From a virus (taxonomy: Duplodnaviria; Caudoviricetes), in the IMG/VR virus record IMGVR_UViG_3300033417_000015, positions 1 to 46,214 of that record: a stretch of DNA of 46,214 nucleotides; one strand, written 5' to 3'. Position 1 is the stretch's first letter. Each line of letters begins with the position of its first letter. The notes under the pieces were generated by a model. The model had not been told where the DNA came from and did not search any database. It saw only the letters and a list, made by a program, of their open reading frames with translations. The translations under genes were made by a program, and so were the position numbers. Below, piece by piece: positions 24,499 through 33,997 of this stretch.

Positions 24499-26088
24499 TT
24501 ACCAGCCCTTCGCTTTGGCTTGCGCCATCGGCACGCCGCGATTGGTTGCCGCCTCAATCCTGCCCACAATCGCCAGCGCATAGGCGTCGGCACGGTCATC
24601 CGCCATGCCGTCGGGCGCGCGTAAGGTCGCGCCTTCGATACTGCTCAATTGATGCCAACTGGCCTCCGCGTGCAACACGATGGTCTTTGTCTCTGCGTTT
24701 TGCTTAAAATGGTCGGCGCATTCGGTATACAACAGCGCTTTGCCCAGTTTGCTGCTCAGCCAGCCCACATGCTCATCCTTGTCATGCTGCTCCACATCCC
24801 AGTCATGGCCGTGCAGAAGACGCACGCGGCGCGCATTTTGCTCCAACCAGCCAATCACGGCGTGGCCGTGGTTATTGCGTTCCACCAGCGCGGGCGCGTG
24901 GTTGTAGTAGGCGCTCATCAGCTTGATATGCCCGCCAAAGACGCCCGGCTCATATTTGCCCGCCAACGTCGCGCACTCTTCACCGCTTTTGAGGTCAATC
25001 ACCGTCAGCGCTGAATCGTCGCTGTTGGGATTGCCCTCGGCGGGATCCGCGCCAATCACGTATTTGCGTCCCGCGACAGGCGGGCGGTAGATTTCGAGCT
25101 TGGGCAGCGCGGGCGCGCCGCGGACAGCGCGCAAGGGTTTCATTTCCGCGTAGCACGCCTCGATCCACGCGGGCGCAATGCGCTTGTCCAAAGTTCTGGG
25201 CAGCAAGGCTTCGCTGTCCGTCGCAGGATATTCGCCCAGAACGTTGTCCGTTGCGCCCGTCTCGGCCATGTCCTGTGCCTTTTGACGTTCGTACCAGGCG
25301 CGTGTGCGTCCTGGCCGCGCGTGCCAGGGCAAAAACACATGTTGCCATTCGGTATCGCCCTGTTTCGCCGTGCGATAGATCGCCTTAAAACGGCTTTCGG
25401 GCAAATCCTTGTTGGCGCTGGAGATCAGCCACATACGCCCGCCCGCGTCAATCGTGGGTCTGACCGCGTTGAGCAGGCTTGGCAAATCGGGTTGATAGTC
25501 AGCTTCGTCTACCATGACCAGGCTAAAGGTATATTGACGCCCGCCATTGGTGGCAAAGGCCATTGCCGACGATCCGTGACTCAACTCCCATTTAGTCTTG
25601 TTGTCCTCGGTTACAGTCGCCGTTCTCATCCACACAGGCAGCCGCTCCCACATGCCCTTGAGCCGCTTGTCGAGCAATTCTTGGGCGTCAATCTCGATCC
25701 GCGAGAAAATGGCAATCGTCGCAATCGGATAAAAGATCATGCGCCACAAGGCATAGGCCAGGCACAACCACGTCAGCCCCAACTGGCGCGCCTTCAAGAT
25801 CACTACTTGGCGGTTGTGATGCAGGTCATCCAAGATGCCGCGCTGCGCGGGCCACAGCGTAAACGGCTCCCAGGTTTCATTGGTCGCGTTGAGGATCATC
25901 ACGTACTCGTTAATAAAGTAGGCCATATCAGCTTGGCAACGCCTCATCTCCGCCTGTTGCTGGCGCATCTGCTCGATCTGGCGCGCTGTCTCCTGCGGGT
26001 TGATCTGTTGCAGACGCGTCAGTAGCTTGCGCTTGGCCTCCGTCGTCCAATCCCGCCAATCCGCGGGTAATGCGCTCGATGGCGGCAT
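24499..26088 (-). CDS. terL: Terminase large subunit (start uncertain)
   Basis: Walker A ILKARQLGLT, Walker B VMVDEAD, nuclease IGADPAEG...VERNNHG...DDRADA. Confidence 0.95.
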   Translation of the reverse strand: MPPSSALPADWRDWTTEAKRKLLTRLQQINPQETARQIEQMRQQQAEMRRCQADMAYFINEYVMILNATNETWEPFTLWPAQRGILDDLHHNRQVVILKARQLGLTWLCLAYALWRMIFYPIATIAIFSRIEIDAQELLDKRLKGMWERLPVWMRTATVTEDNKTKWELSHGSSAMAFATNGGRQYTFSLVMVDEADYQPDLPSLLNAVRPTIDAGGRMWLISSANKDLPESRFKAIYRTAKQGDTEWQHVFLPWHARPGRTRAWYERQKAQDMAETGATDNVLGEYPATDSEALLPRTLDKRIAPAWIEACYAEMKPLRAVRGAPALPKLEIYRPPVAGRKYVIGADPAEGNPNSDDSALTVIDLKSGEECATLAGKYEPGVFGGHIKLMSAYYNHAPALVERNNHGHAVIGWLEQNARRVRLLHGHDWDVEQHDKDEHVGWLSSKLGKALLYTECADHFKQNAETKTIVLHAEASWHQLSSIEGATLRAPDGMADDRADAYALAIVGRIEAATNRGVPMAQAKAKGW

Positions 26089-26587
26089 CAAGGGCCGCGC
26101 CGGATAACTCAATATGTTCGGTTGATTGCCCAGTGGCCTGTCGCTGTAACTTGCTTGCATCGGTCAATACTTTCGCTAACGCGGTAAGGTCAAAGGCCAT
26201 CGTAATGACAACCTCGCCGCTGGGTAGGGTCGTGGTCTTGCGGCGGATGAACTGGTTTGCGCCGGGCAGAGCCGCATCAACCAGCGTCCGCAACGCATCG
26301 GCTTGCGCCCAATCGCGCTCTTGCAAGTCGCGGCGGCGTTGCTCCCACAGTTGGCGGTTTTGCTCGGCCAGGTGGTCTTGGTATGCAGATGCTCGTGCCA
26401 CCCACTCGTTGTCAGCCGACCACGTAGCCCAGCGGCGTGGGGCGCGTTTCCCGTCGCCCTTTTGTTGCCCTTTTGTCGCGAGATGGGCGGCATAGGCGGC
26501 GTCGATGGAGCCTTCGCGCAAGTAGTGCTGAAAAGCCGCGAATGCTTCTTTGCTCTCTTTGGCGCGTCTACTCCAGGCATGTGCCAC
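25928..26587 (-). CDS. terS: Terminase small subunit
   Basis: ESKEAFAAFQHY...WSADNEWVARASAYQ pattern, upstream of and overlapping terL. Confidence 0.8.
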   Translation of the reverse strand: MAHAWSRRAKESKEAFAAFQHYLREGSIDAAYAAHLATKGQQKGDGKRAPRRWATWSADNEWVARASAYQDHLAEQNRQLWEQRRRDLQERDWAQADALRTLVDAALPGANQFIRRKTTTLPSGEVVITMAFDLTALAKVLTDASKLQRQATGQSTEHIELSGAALDAAIERITRGLAGLDDGGQAQATDASATDQPAGDSAPDRADAPATGGDEALPS

Positions 26588-26588
26588 A

Positions 26589-27980
26589 TTAGGCCGCCTC
26601 TAGCAGGGTGGGCTGCTGGCCGGTTGCGTCTGCGTAGCGTTGGAGCATGATCGCGATATAGTCCTCGCTCATCTCAATTGCTCTGACCTTGCGCCCCGTC
26701 TGTTCGCCGCCCAGCACAGCCCAGCCAGCCCCCGCGAAGGGGTCAAGGACGATGGCCCCAGGCTCGGTGAATTGCTCATACACCCAAGCCGCCAATGCTG
26801 CGGGCTTTTGCGTCGGATGCCATCGCCGTTCGCGTTCACTGTCGCGCAGCATCCCATTCCAGCGATGGCGGAATAACTTAGCGGCTTTGTCCTGATTCGT
26901 CCACGCCAGTTCGCAATCGGCAAAGTTGCCCGTCGTTTCCTTATCCCAAACGAGCCAGCAGGAAGATGGCCCCAAGCCCTCAACGTAGTAGTTTGCGCCC
27001 CACCAGACCTGCACCGCTTTCGGGTACATCTCCAAATAGAAAGAGGATGCCTTGAGCGCGGTATCGGTTGTATCGTCCCCGATAATGGGCGCATACTTGC
27101 CCACGTCTACTAGGTTCGCGGCTCCGACGGAGCCGCGAACATCCTTGCTCCCAAACGGCTTGGCACCGTTGGCGGTGCCAAGCCGTTTGTCTTTCTTCCA
27201 AGTTTGAATAGGATAAAGGCCAGGACTGGCCTTTATCGCCTCCCCTCCGCCAACATGCCCACGAACTTTTTTCACGCCCCCAAAAGGGATGATGCCGTTA
27301 GGCCCTTCTCCGCCACCAACGGATACGTTGGTGGCGACGATGCTCACGCCGTAAGGCGGATCGGCGATGATCAGGTCAGGACGTTCTTCGCCCAGCAGCC
27401 GCGCGATAATCAGCGGGTCAGTACAATCGCCACAGATGATTTTATGCTCCCCAAGCTGCCACAGATCGCCGCCATTGACATTCCATTGCTCGCGAAGGAC
27501 TTGCCCCCTGTCCACCTGCGGCTCCGCGTCCACGTCGGTCTTGACAGGCTCAGGCACATGCTCGGCTGCCAGCATCGCCAGCAAATCCCTCACGCCGTCA
27601 TCTTCCACCGGCGTCATCTCCACGCGGCCCAGCAACTCCGCCAACGCCGCGCCGTCAAGCTCGGCGAGGGATGTGGTGAAATCCAGCAAGGCCAAAATGA
27701 GATCCGCCTCGCTGTCTGAAACGTCCAGGATCGTCACCGGCCATTCGCCGCCAGCCTCCTGCCGTAAATGACCGTCGATCAGCGTCAATGCCCCGCCCGC
27801 GCGTTCACTGGCATACGCAATCAGCGGGGCGACGATGCCCACCTCAGAAAGTAGCCCACGGACGGCTTGGGCTTGCGGCTCTGGATGCCGCCGAAAGTTG
27901 CTCGCGTTTTGGGCAAGCTCGGACGCCGTGACGATGCGCGTCTCTTTTATGCGATTTCTCCAAGCCACCTGGTCGCTCAT
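26589..27980 (-). CDS. ParB-like domain fused to a DNA amino-methyltransferase
   Basis: N-terminal NFRRHP...LIDGHLR; GDLWQLGEHKIICGDC, DPPY, HPTQKP, LDPFAGAG. Confidence 0.92.
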   Translation of the reverse strand: MSDQVAWRNRIKETRIVTASELAQNASNFRRHPEPQAQAVRGLLSEVGIVAPLIAYASERAGGALTLIDGHLRQEAGGEWPVTILDVSDSEADLILALLDFTTSLAELDGAALAELLGRVEMTPVEDDGVRDLLAMLAAEHVPEPVKTDVDAEPQVDRGQVLREQWNVNGGDLWQLGEHKIICGDCTDPLIIARLLGEERPDLIIADPPYGVSIVATNVSVGGGEGPNGIIPFGGVKKVRGHVGGGEAIKASPGLYPIQTWKKDKRLGTANGAKPFGSKDVRGSVGAANLVDVGKYAPIIGDDTTDTALKASSFYLEMYPKAVQVWWGANYYVEGLGPSSCWLVWDKETTGNFADCELAWTNQDKAAKLFRHRWNGMLRDSERERRWHPTQKPAALAAWVYEQFTEPGAIVLDPFAGAGWAVLGGEQTGRKVRAIEMSEDYIAIMLQRYADATGQQPTLLEAA

Positions 27981-27993
27981 ACCCCCTGCTTCC

Positions 27994-28362
27994 CTACTCG
28001 CCTACACCCCAGCGCTGCGCCTTTGCCAACTCCGTCCCCATCCTCACGGCTCTGTATGCTCCCTCTACAAATGGAACTAGCAAATCCGGCTCCACGTCGG
28101 GAAACCATTGCTTCAAGTGCGCCATCGCCACGGCAAAGGCCTCGGTGCCGGTTTCGATTTTGCCCGTCTCCTTGAGTTGCTGCACGCCCTCGACGATAAC
28201 TTCCGCCACGTCGCGAATTTGCGCGGCTAACGGCTCGGTGCTTTCCAGCGCCTCAAGCGCGCCCGCGAACGTCACCGGCTCGCGGCGCCACAGGAACGCA
28301 TAGCCCGCAATGACGAGCGCCAACACCGCCGCACCCAGGGTGATGATCTCGGTTAACTCCAT
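27994..28362 (-). CDS. Holin-like membrane protein (LL-H-like)
   Basis: One N-terminal TM helix followed by VEGVQQL...VEGAY; next to the lysin. Confidence 0.65.
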   Translation of the reverse strand: MELTEIITLGAAVLALVIAGYAFLWRREPVTFAGALEALESTEPLAAQIRDVAEVIVEGVQQLKETGKIETGTEAFAVAMAHLKQWFPDVEPDLLVPFVEGAYRAVRMGTELAKAQRWGVGE

Positions 28363-28363
28363 C

Positions 28364-28507
28364 TCAAGCTCCAATCCCTAGTGTAATTAACGTCACCGCC
28401 CACACCACGACGCGCACGACTGCGACCAATAGCGCAGCCGTAAGCAGGCCCAGCAGCATGGCGATGAGTAGCGCGCTTGCGGTAATGCCCAGGTCGCGCA
28501 GTGTCAT
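28364..28507 (-). CDS. 47-aa very hydrophobic membrane peptide (not in ORF track)
   Basis: MTLRDLGITASALLIAMLLGLLTAALLVAVVRVVVWAVTLITLGIGA*; ATGA-coupled to the lysin stop. Confidence 0.7.
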   Translation of the reverse strand: MTLRDLGITASALLIAMLLGLLTAALLVAVVRVVVWAVTLITLGIGA

Positions 28508-30804
28508 GCGCCGATCTCCTGCCGAATTTGCGCCAATGCCTGCTCTAGTAGATTGCCGTAGTGCGCTTGTTGGCCCTCACCGTTGTAGCGCGTGACCGCC
28601 TCCCACCAATCGCGCCGACGCAGTGCATCCGCCAACGCGGGGTCAGACAGCACGTAATTGACGAAGCCAAGCACCTGAGCGTTGACGCCATAGCGCGGAT
28701 GCTTGAACGCGGCGAACATGGCCTGTGGCGTGGCGTAGCCGACGCGCGCGTGGTTCGCCCCCATGACCTGTGCAGAGCCTAGCCCCGTCGAGCGTAGCGC
28801 GGCGGTGTCGTTGAGGCCGCGTGCAAAGGCCAGCAGCTTGTGCCGCGCGTCCATTGCGCCGTGCGCGTTAATCCATTCGGCATTGGGCGACGGTCGCCAC
28901 CACTGGTCGCTGTAATTGCCAGGCGTGAACTTGAAGTGCATATCGAAGAGCGCGTCGTTGTTTAGTTCGGCTTTGAGCACGTGAACCTCGAAGCGGATCG
29001 TAATGAGTCCGTCCGTAAAAGCGCGGTTGGCGGACTCGACTTGGAGGAAGGCAAGGGCAGTCAGTGGATCAATTGTTGCCGCGGGCATCACAGGAGGCAT
29101 CAAAACAGGCTCAAGCGGCGCGGGCTTCGTCGCACTCAACAGCGCGGCCAGTACCCACCCGCTTTGCCCGTCCCACTCGACTTGCACCCACTCGCGCGTG
29201 GGCGTGCTGGTGATGACGCGCAACACTTGCCTGTAGGCAGCCGCGGTCAGTTTTTCGGCTTCAACGTCAGGGGCGGCGCGCAGGTTGGCGCCGCTGACAA
29301 CGTTTACATAAAACGTTGCGCGCCCAGGGGGCTCCCGGGGCGGCGTGGGGGCGGGGGTGATGACAGGGTCGGGCGCGGGTGTAGGTTGCTGCGCTTGCGG
29401 CATGGTGGCAAGCTGGAACGTAACCAGCGTAGACGTGTGGATGCCAGGGTTGCCGTCCGCGCCCATGCCGATGCCCTTAACCGCATCGGATGGATAGCCA
29501 CCACCGGTCATTGCTACGCTGAACTCGTTGAGGCTTTTGGACATAGGGAAATTGCCTGCATCGAAACCGTTGCGACCATTTGTGTCAAGTTCAACCCGAC
29601 CAGAAGGCCACTTCACCACGAACGGAAACCCTGCCCGCAACTTACCATTCTCGTCCAACGCTTCGACATAGATGTGATGCCGCCCGCCCGCTTCGGCCTC
29701 GCTGTACCAACGTGCGGCGACGACGCGCCAATAGGTATCACCTGGCGCGACTGATGGCGTTTCGATGGTGACGCCGCGCTGCGTAAGCCGTTCGTCCCAA
29801 TCACGCGGCGACAACGCGGGCGCATCGGCATTGTCCGAATAGGCCGCGGGGATAAAGGTCTGCATGTCGTTACCCTGGTCACTATAGTTTTGAGCATTAA
29901 TTTGAGGGGATTGGTAGCCACGCGCGACCGCTGCGCGGAAGTCCTGCAGTAATTGCGGCTTGTTGCGCATTTCCCAATCATGGACATTTTCCACATCGGG
30001 CGGCCCCAACCAACGGAAGTTAACGGCTGCCTGAAACTGGGGCAGATTCGCGCCGCGGTTCCAGCCATGCACCCAATCGTACATGGCGGTGATGATGCCC
30101 GTATTGCGATCCTCCCAACCTGTAACAACATCAAACTCGGTGATAAAGGCAGGTAGGTGCAGCAGCTCGCGCGGCACTTCCTCGATGGCATCAAGGACGG
30201 TCAGGAAGCCGTAGTATTTGTCCTGCAGCGGCTTATCCATCTTGGCTTCGCTCAACAGTTCAGCGGGGTTCATACTGCGCGCATAGCCATGGAAGTTGAG
30301 CGCGTCGCACAGGCCGGTGGGCGCAAGGATTCGCAGCACGTCACGCAAATAGATAAACCACGGCGTTGGGCTGGCATGATAGGGGGCAATGGCCGCGTGC
30401 ATGACCCTCGCGCCAGGCACCGCCCGCTTGATCGCTTCGCTACACAGCAGGAAGCAGCGCGCGTACTCTGCGGCGGTGATGACGACACCATTGGGCCGCT
30501 CCCACTCGCCGTTTGGCTCATTGCCGATGATGACATAGCTGATGCCCTGGCTGGTGGCGACGAAGGACGCACAAGCCGCCGCAAAATCTTGGTACTGATG
30601 CGGCAGGGGGAGCGTGCCTGCGTTGCCATAACCGTGATTGATTCTCACAAGCACGCCAATGCCGCGGCGGGTGGCGGGGCGATAATCGTTGCCCTGCGCG
30701 CGCGCGTTCAGCCCGACCTCTTCAGTGGCAAGCGTCCACCCTGGCTTGTCGCCGTGCAGGTCTTCCGCGCCGGGGTCATGGATGCCGTGAAGGTATTGGG
30801 TCAT
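28504..30804 (-). CDS. Multidomain endolysin: GH-A-like glycoside hydrolase, middle domain, SH3b, N-acetylmuramidase-like domain
   Basis: IIGNEPN and ITEF glutamates; GANLRAAP...WVQVEWDGQSGWV; QVES...IRFEVH...GSAQVMGANH...YNG. Confidence 0.85.
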   Translation of the reverse strand: MTQYLHGIHDPGAEDLHGDKPGWTLATEEVGLNARAQGNDYRPATRRGIGVLVRINHGYGNAGTLPLPHQYQDFAAACASFVATSQGISYVIIGNEPNGEWERPNGVVITAAEYARCFLLCSEAIKRAVPGARVMHAAIAPYHASPTPWFIYLRDVLRILAPTGLCDALNFHGYARSMNPAELLSEAKMDKPLQDKYYGFLTVLDAIEEVPRELLHLPAFITEFDVVTGWEDRNTGIITAMYDWVHGWNRGANLPQFQAAVNFRWLGPPDVENVHDWEMRNKPQLLQDFRAAVARGYQSPQINAQNYSDQGNDMQTFIPAAYSDNADAPALSPRDWDERLTQRGVTIETPSVAPGDTYWRVVAARWYSEAEAGGRHHIYVEALDENGKLRAGFPFVVKWPSGRVELDTNGRNGFDAGNFPMSKSLNEFSVAMTGGGYPSDAVKGIGMGADGNPGIHTSTLVTFQLATMPQAQQPTPAPDPVITPAPTPPREPPGRATFYVNVVSGANLRAAPDVEAEKLTAAAYRQVLRVITSTPTREWVQVEWDGQSGWVLAALLSATKPAPLEPVLMPPVMPAATIDPLTALAFLQVESANRAFTDGLITIRFEVHVLKAELNNDALFDMHFKFTPGNYSDQWWRPSPNAEWINAHGAMDARHKLLAFARGLNDTAALRSTGLGSAQVMGANHARVGYATPQAMFAAFKHPRYGVNAQVLGFVNYVLSDPALADALRRRDWWEAVTRYNGEGQQAHYGNLLEQALAQIRQEIGA

Positions 30805-31364
30805 TCGCAGTCCTCGCGGATCGAAAAATCCACACCCGCCATCGCAAAAACCGCACTGCGACTGGCAGACGAAACCGAGAAGAGCCGCCGGTACACGCCA
30901 GGCGGCAACGGCTCATCGATGCCTGTGGCCGGGTTGACGTAGGTAGTCGGCACCTGCCACGCCAACGTAACCTCCTGGTCAATCGTGCCTTCCAGCAAAA
31001 AAGGCCCCGAAACGCTGTAGACAACAGTTTTTGGTGGCGACTCGCGCCACGCCGTACCATCCTCGATCAATTTTCCCGCGCCGTCGGCGTGAAAATCGTA
31101 GACGATGATCAGCTTCTCGCCCGGACACAGCGCGCTTTCGCCGATCACGCGTGCGTTGTCAATGGCGACGCCGCCGATCTCCTCGTTAATCCGCGCCAGC
31201 CAGAACGCACCGACTACCGGCACCGCAATCACAACCACCATCAGGGCAATCAAAAACCACTGGATAAAGTTCGAGCGCCGTTCGAGTTCGTCGATCCGTT
31301 GGATGCGTAACAGGGCATCCTGTTCTGCCTGTTCTGATCGTGTTGGAACGTCAGGGCTTGCCAT
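30801..31364 (-). CDS. Single-pass membrane protein (lysis region)
   Basis: TM segment FIQWFLIALMVVVIAVPVVGAFWL then an extracellular beta domain. Confidence 0.75.
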   Translation of the reverse strand: MASPDVPTRSEQAEQDALLRIQRIDELERRSNFIQWFLIALMVVVIAVPVVGAFWLARINEEIGGVAIDNARVIGESALCPGEKLIIVYDFHADGAGKLIEDGTAWRESPPKTVVYSVSGPFLLEGTIDQEVTLAWQVPTTYVNPATGIDEPLPPGVYRRLFSVSSASRSAVFAMAGVDFSIREDCE

Positions 31365-31722
31365 CCTTGCCCCCCATCTCGTGGCGAATCCAGCCGCGTA
31401 CCTCATGCAGGACGCTCATAATTTCGCGCTGGTTGGTGTCCTGCCCGGTTATAAAGGTCGTCAGCGTGCCGCGTAGCGCGTGCATTTGCCCGCGATTCTC
31501 GACCTGGGCTTCCGTGGCTTTGGTCAAATCCTCGGCATAACGCTCGATGAGCCGTTCACGTGAGGCGGTAGACTCCTGGCGTTCGGTGCCCAACGATTGC
31601 AGAATATCTTTCCTCTCCTTGAGGCTCTCGATATGGTAGCGGTTGAAAACCCAGCCCATCACAATCAGTGCCGCAAGATACGGGCTTTGGCTGGCAATTC
31701 CGGACAATGTATCGAGTTCCAC
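31351..31722 (-). CDS. Membrane protein with coiled coil (holin-like)
   Basis: N-terminal TM segment; first gene of the lysis/late operon. Confidence 0.65.
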   Translation of the reverse strand: MELDTLSGIASQSPYLAALIVMGWVFNRYHIESLKERKDILQSLGTERQESTASRERLIERYAEDLTKATEAQVENRGQMHALRGTLTTFITGQDTNQREIMSVLHEVRGWIRHEMGGKDGKP

Positions 31723-31756
31723 AGGGCAGCCACTCCATCATGTCTGGGCAAAAAGA

Positions 31757-31800
31757 AAAGCGGCGGCAGCACAGGAATATCCTGTCACTGCCACCGCTTT
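31757..31800 (-). terminator. Long hairpin followed by a U-run ahead of the late operon
   Basis: Minus strand AAAGCGGTGGCAGTGACAGG-ATATT-CCTGTGCTGCCGCCGCTTTTCTTTTT. Confidence 0.7.
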
Positions 31801-31840
31801 GTACGATAGCTCGCTAGTTCGGTTGTGTGCTACGTGGCGT

Positions 31841-32056
31841 TTATTCTGCCGAGTTTAACGTCTGCATCCGTCCGCGCCCCACCTTGACCACACGCGCCTT
31901 GGTCGTGACGCGCTTTTCTGCCTCCAACTGGCCCCACGAGACAATCACGGCCACCTCGCCTACTTCCTGGCTGGTCAGCATCTCGATCAGTAGCTTCTCA
32001 ACTCTGGATGCCGCGGCGCGCGCGGCGTGTTGCAAATCTGGTGACGTAGCGGGCAT
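31841..32056 (-). CDS. Hypothetical protein
   Basis: GAGGGG SD; 71 aa. Confidence 0.7.
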   Translation of the reverse strand: MPATSPDLQHAARAAASRVEKLLIEMLTSQEVGEVAVIVSWGQLEAEKRVTTKARVVKVGRGRMQTLNSAE

Positions 32057-32093
32057 GTGTTCCCCTCAAGGATAGAGACTTTAACGGCCTATG

Positions 32094-32372
32094 TCAAGTA
32101 ACCTGCGCCCGTTCCCTAGGCGGTGACGCCTGCCGCGGCGCGCGATGCTTGGTCGTGGCCGTGAGCCGCTCCAGCGTGGCGATGTGCGTGGCAGCCAGCT
32201 CCGCAAGCTCAAGTGCGTCGGGTAGCGCGCTTTCGTGCGTGGGCTGCCAGTGCAGGGCCGCGGCAAGCGTCTGCGCCACGAGGCCCAGGGTATCTTCAGC
32301 GTCCAGCCAATGGCGGCGGTAATCCAGATGGACGCGATCCAGGTGCGTTTCGAGTTCGTCCTCTGCGATCAT
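32094..32372 (-). CDS. Hypothetical protein
   Basis: AAGGAG SD; extended -10 TGCTATAAT at 32410-32402. Confidence 0.75.
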   Translation of the reverse strand: MIAEDELETHLDRVHLDYRRHWLDAEDTLGLVAQTLAAALHWQPTHESALPDALELAELAATHIATLERLTATTKHRAPRQASPPRERAQVT

Positions 32373-32423
32373 CGCTGGCGTCTCCTTTCGGTTCTCGCCA
32401 GATTATAGCATGGACGCGTTATG

Positions 32424-33215
32424 TCACGCTTCTTGGCGCGCCTTTGGCCCTGGCCTGGGCGCAAATTCCAGATGCGCGTACGCGGCCAAGCCCTGCCACG
32501 TCAGATCGTGTCGTTTCGTTAGCGCGCCAGATTTGGGCAGGTGCGCGGGCTTGTCTGCGTCCCAGGTTGTCACGCTGGGCATCACGCCATCCACGGCCAT
32601 CAACTGTAGTTCGCCCAGGCACTCGCGTAGCGCCGCGGCCTTTTCTTCCGGGTCGAGGCGGGTGGCGCTGCGGTCGGCGCGGGTGGTCACAAGCTCAACT
32701 TCGTCGCCATCCTTGTCTTGGTCTACCTCGGCCAACGTGCGCGGCTGGATACGGCGCGGGACAAGCGGCGCGGGTGGGCTGGTTAATTTTTCGTCGCTTT
32801 TAGGAGGGGGATTTGTGCGCGGCTCTTCATCCGGCGCGCCCGCGATGGGATGCTCGGCAAGATCGGCAACGTCCCGCCATGGCGTCTGCTCGCTGCCGTC
32901 GTCGCGGACGTGGAAGCCGTTGCGCTTGTCCTCTGCCTCGTCGCGCGCAGGTGCCATCTCGCGCTTGGCCGCCTCATGGCCGAGTGCGTAGCCCTGCTTC
33001 GACAGCTTCAAGGCCATCTCGTGCGTGATAGTCACCTCGCTGATGCGTTGCATGGCCCACGCTTCCCCCCTCTCTTCGTGCCAGCGTTTGATCACGTCCG
33101 CCGCCACGCGCACGATGCCCAGCGGTAAAGTCGGCATGAGGTTGTTGTCAAACTCAGCTAACCGCGCATTGATGGCATTGGTGATTTCGCTTAGCTGGTC
33201 ATTCGTCAGTGACAT
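32424..33215 (-). CDS. Hypothetical protein with a C-terminal putative DNA-binding helical domain
   Basis: 263-aa ORF coupled to the upstream HNH gene; MPSVTTWD...LP....L......TW motif. Confidence 0.75.
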   Translation of the reverse strand: MSLTNDQLSEITNAINARLAEFDNNLMPTLPLGIVRVAADVIKRWHEERGEAWAMQRISEVTITHEMALKLSKQGYALGHEAAKREMAPARDEAEDKRNGFHVRDDGSEQTPWRDVADLAEHPIAGAPDEEPRTNPPPKSDEKLTSPPAPLVPRRIQPRTLAEVDQDKDGDEVELVTTRADRSATRLDPEEKAAALRECLGELQLMAVDGVMPSVTTWDADKPAHLPKSGALTKRHDLTWQGLAAYAHLEFAPRPGPKARQEA

Positions 33216-33891
33216 GACCCCAAACCTTTCTGTTGATAATCATACCAACAAGACTGACGGACACCCCGAAACGCTTAGCAATTCTCGTCCGATCTCCTCG
33301 GCGAAATACCTGGCTTCTAATAAATCGCACCTGCTCTTCGGTCAGCTTGGCTCGCGGGTGAAATTCTCCTTTTTGCCCATGCCAAGTTCGCCGTGACCGC
33401 TCTACTACATCATCCATATTGTCTTGGGCCGTACCCGCATACAGGTGGTTGGGGTTGCAGCACGGCGGATTGTCGCATTTATGTAGCACCCAAAGGCCAT
33501 CTGGGATTTCGCCGAAGTGGATAATGTACGATAGGCGATGGGCGAATAGTTGCGTCTTGCCATCCTCCGAATGACTCAGAACCCCATACCCTCCATCGTT
33601 GATTCTTCCCCGCCATAGCCAGCAACTGCCTGAATCGCCAGGCTCAAGAAATTGCCAAAACTTTTCGGACGCTGAGCGCTTTGGCCCACGAGTATGGGTC
33701 GGAAGAAAGCGAACTGGCTCGCCAGCAGAATGACCATATTTCATGTTGGTTAGCTTCGCGATAGGCGCATCTGCACCACACCCACATTGACATTCACCAT
33801 AAGGTGCGATCAATCCGTGAGATGCTACCCACGGTGCATAGTCGTCTATATTTTCGGGAAAGAAGGACGTTGGGGTATGATCGAATTGCAT
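33199..33891 (-). CDS. HNH homing endonuclease (paralog A)
   Basis: CQCGCG; CWLWRG...GYG...AHRLSY...VLHKCDNPPCCNPNHL...N; C-terminal HTH. Start reassigned to ATG 33891 after GAAAGG SD. Confidence 0.92.
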   Translation of the reverse strand: MQFDHTPTSFFPENIDDYAPWVASHGLIAPYGECQCGCGADAPIAKLTNMKYGHSAGEPVRFLPTHTRGPKRSASEKFWQFLEPGDSGSCWLWRGRINDGGYGVLSHSEDGKTQLFAHRLSYIIHFGEIPDGLWVLHKCDNPPCCNPNHLYAGTAQDNMDDVVERSRRTWHGQKGEFHPRAKLTEEQVRFIRSQVFRRGDRTRIAKRFGVSVSLVGMIINRKVWGHVTDE

Positions 33892-33997
33892 CAGAATCAC
33901 CTTTCTGGTGTCAGGCCGCAGGGTGTTCAAAGCACCGCTGCGGCTACTTATTCGTAGGGCTTCATTATACCAAAATTCGCTCAAAGTATCCCCTCCC

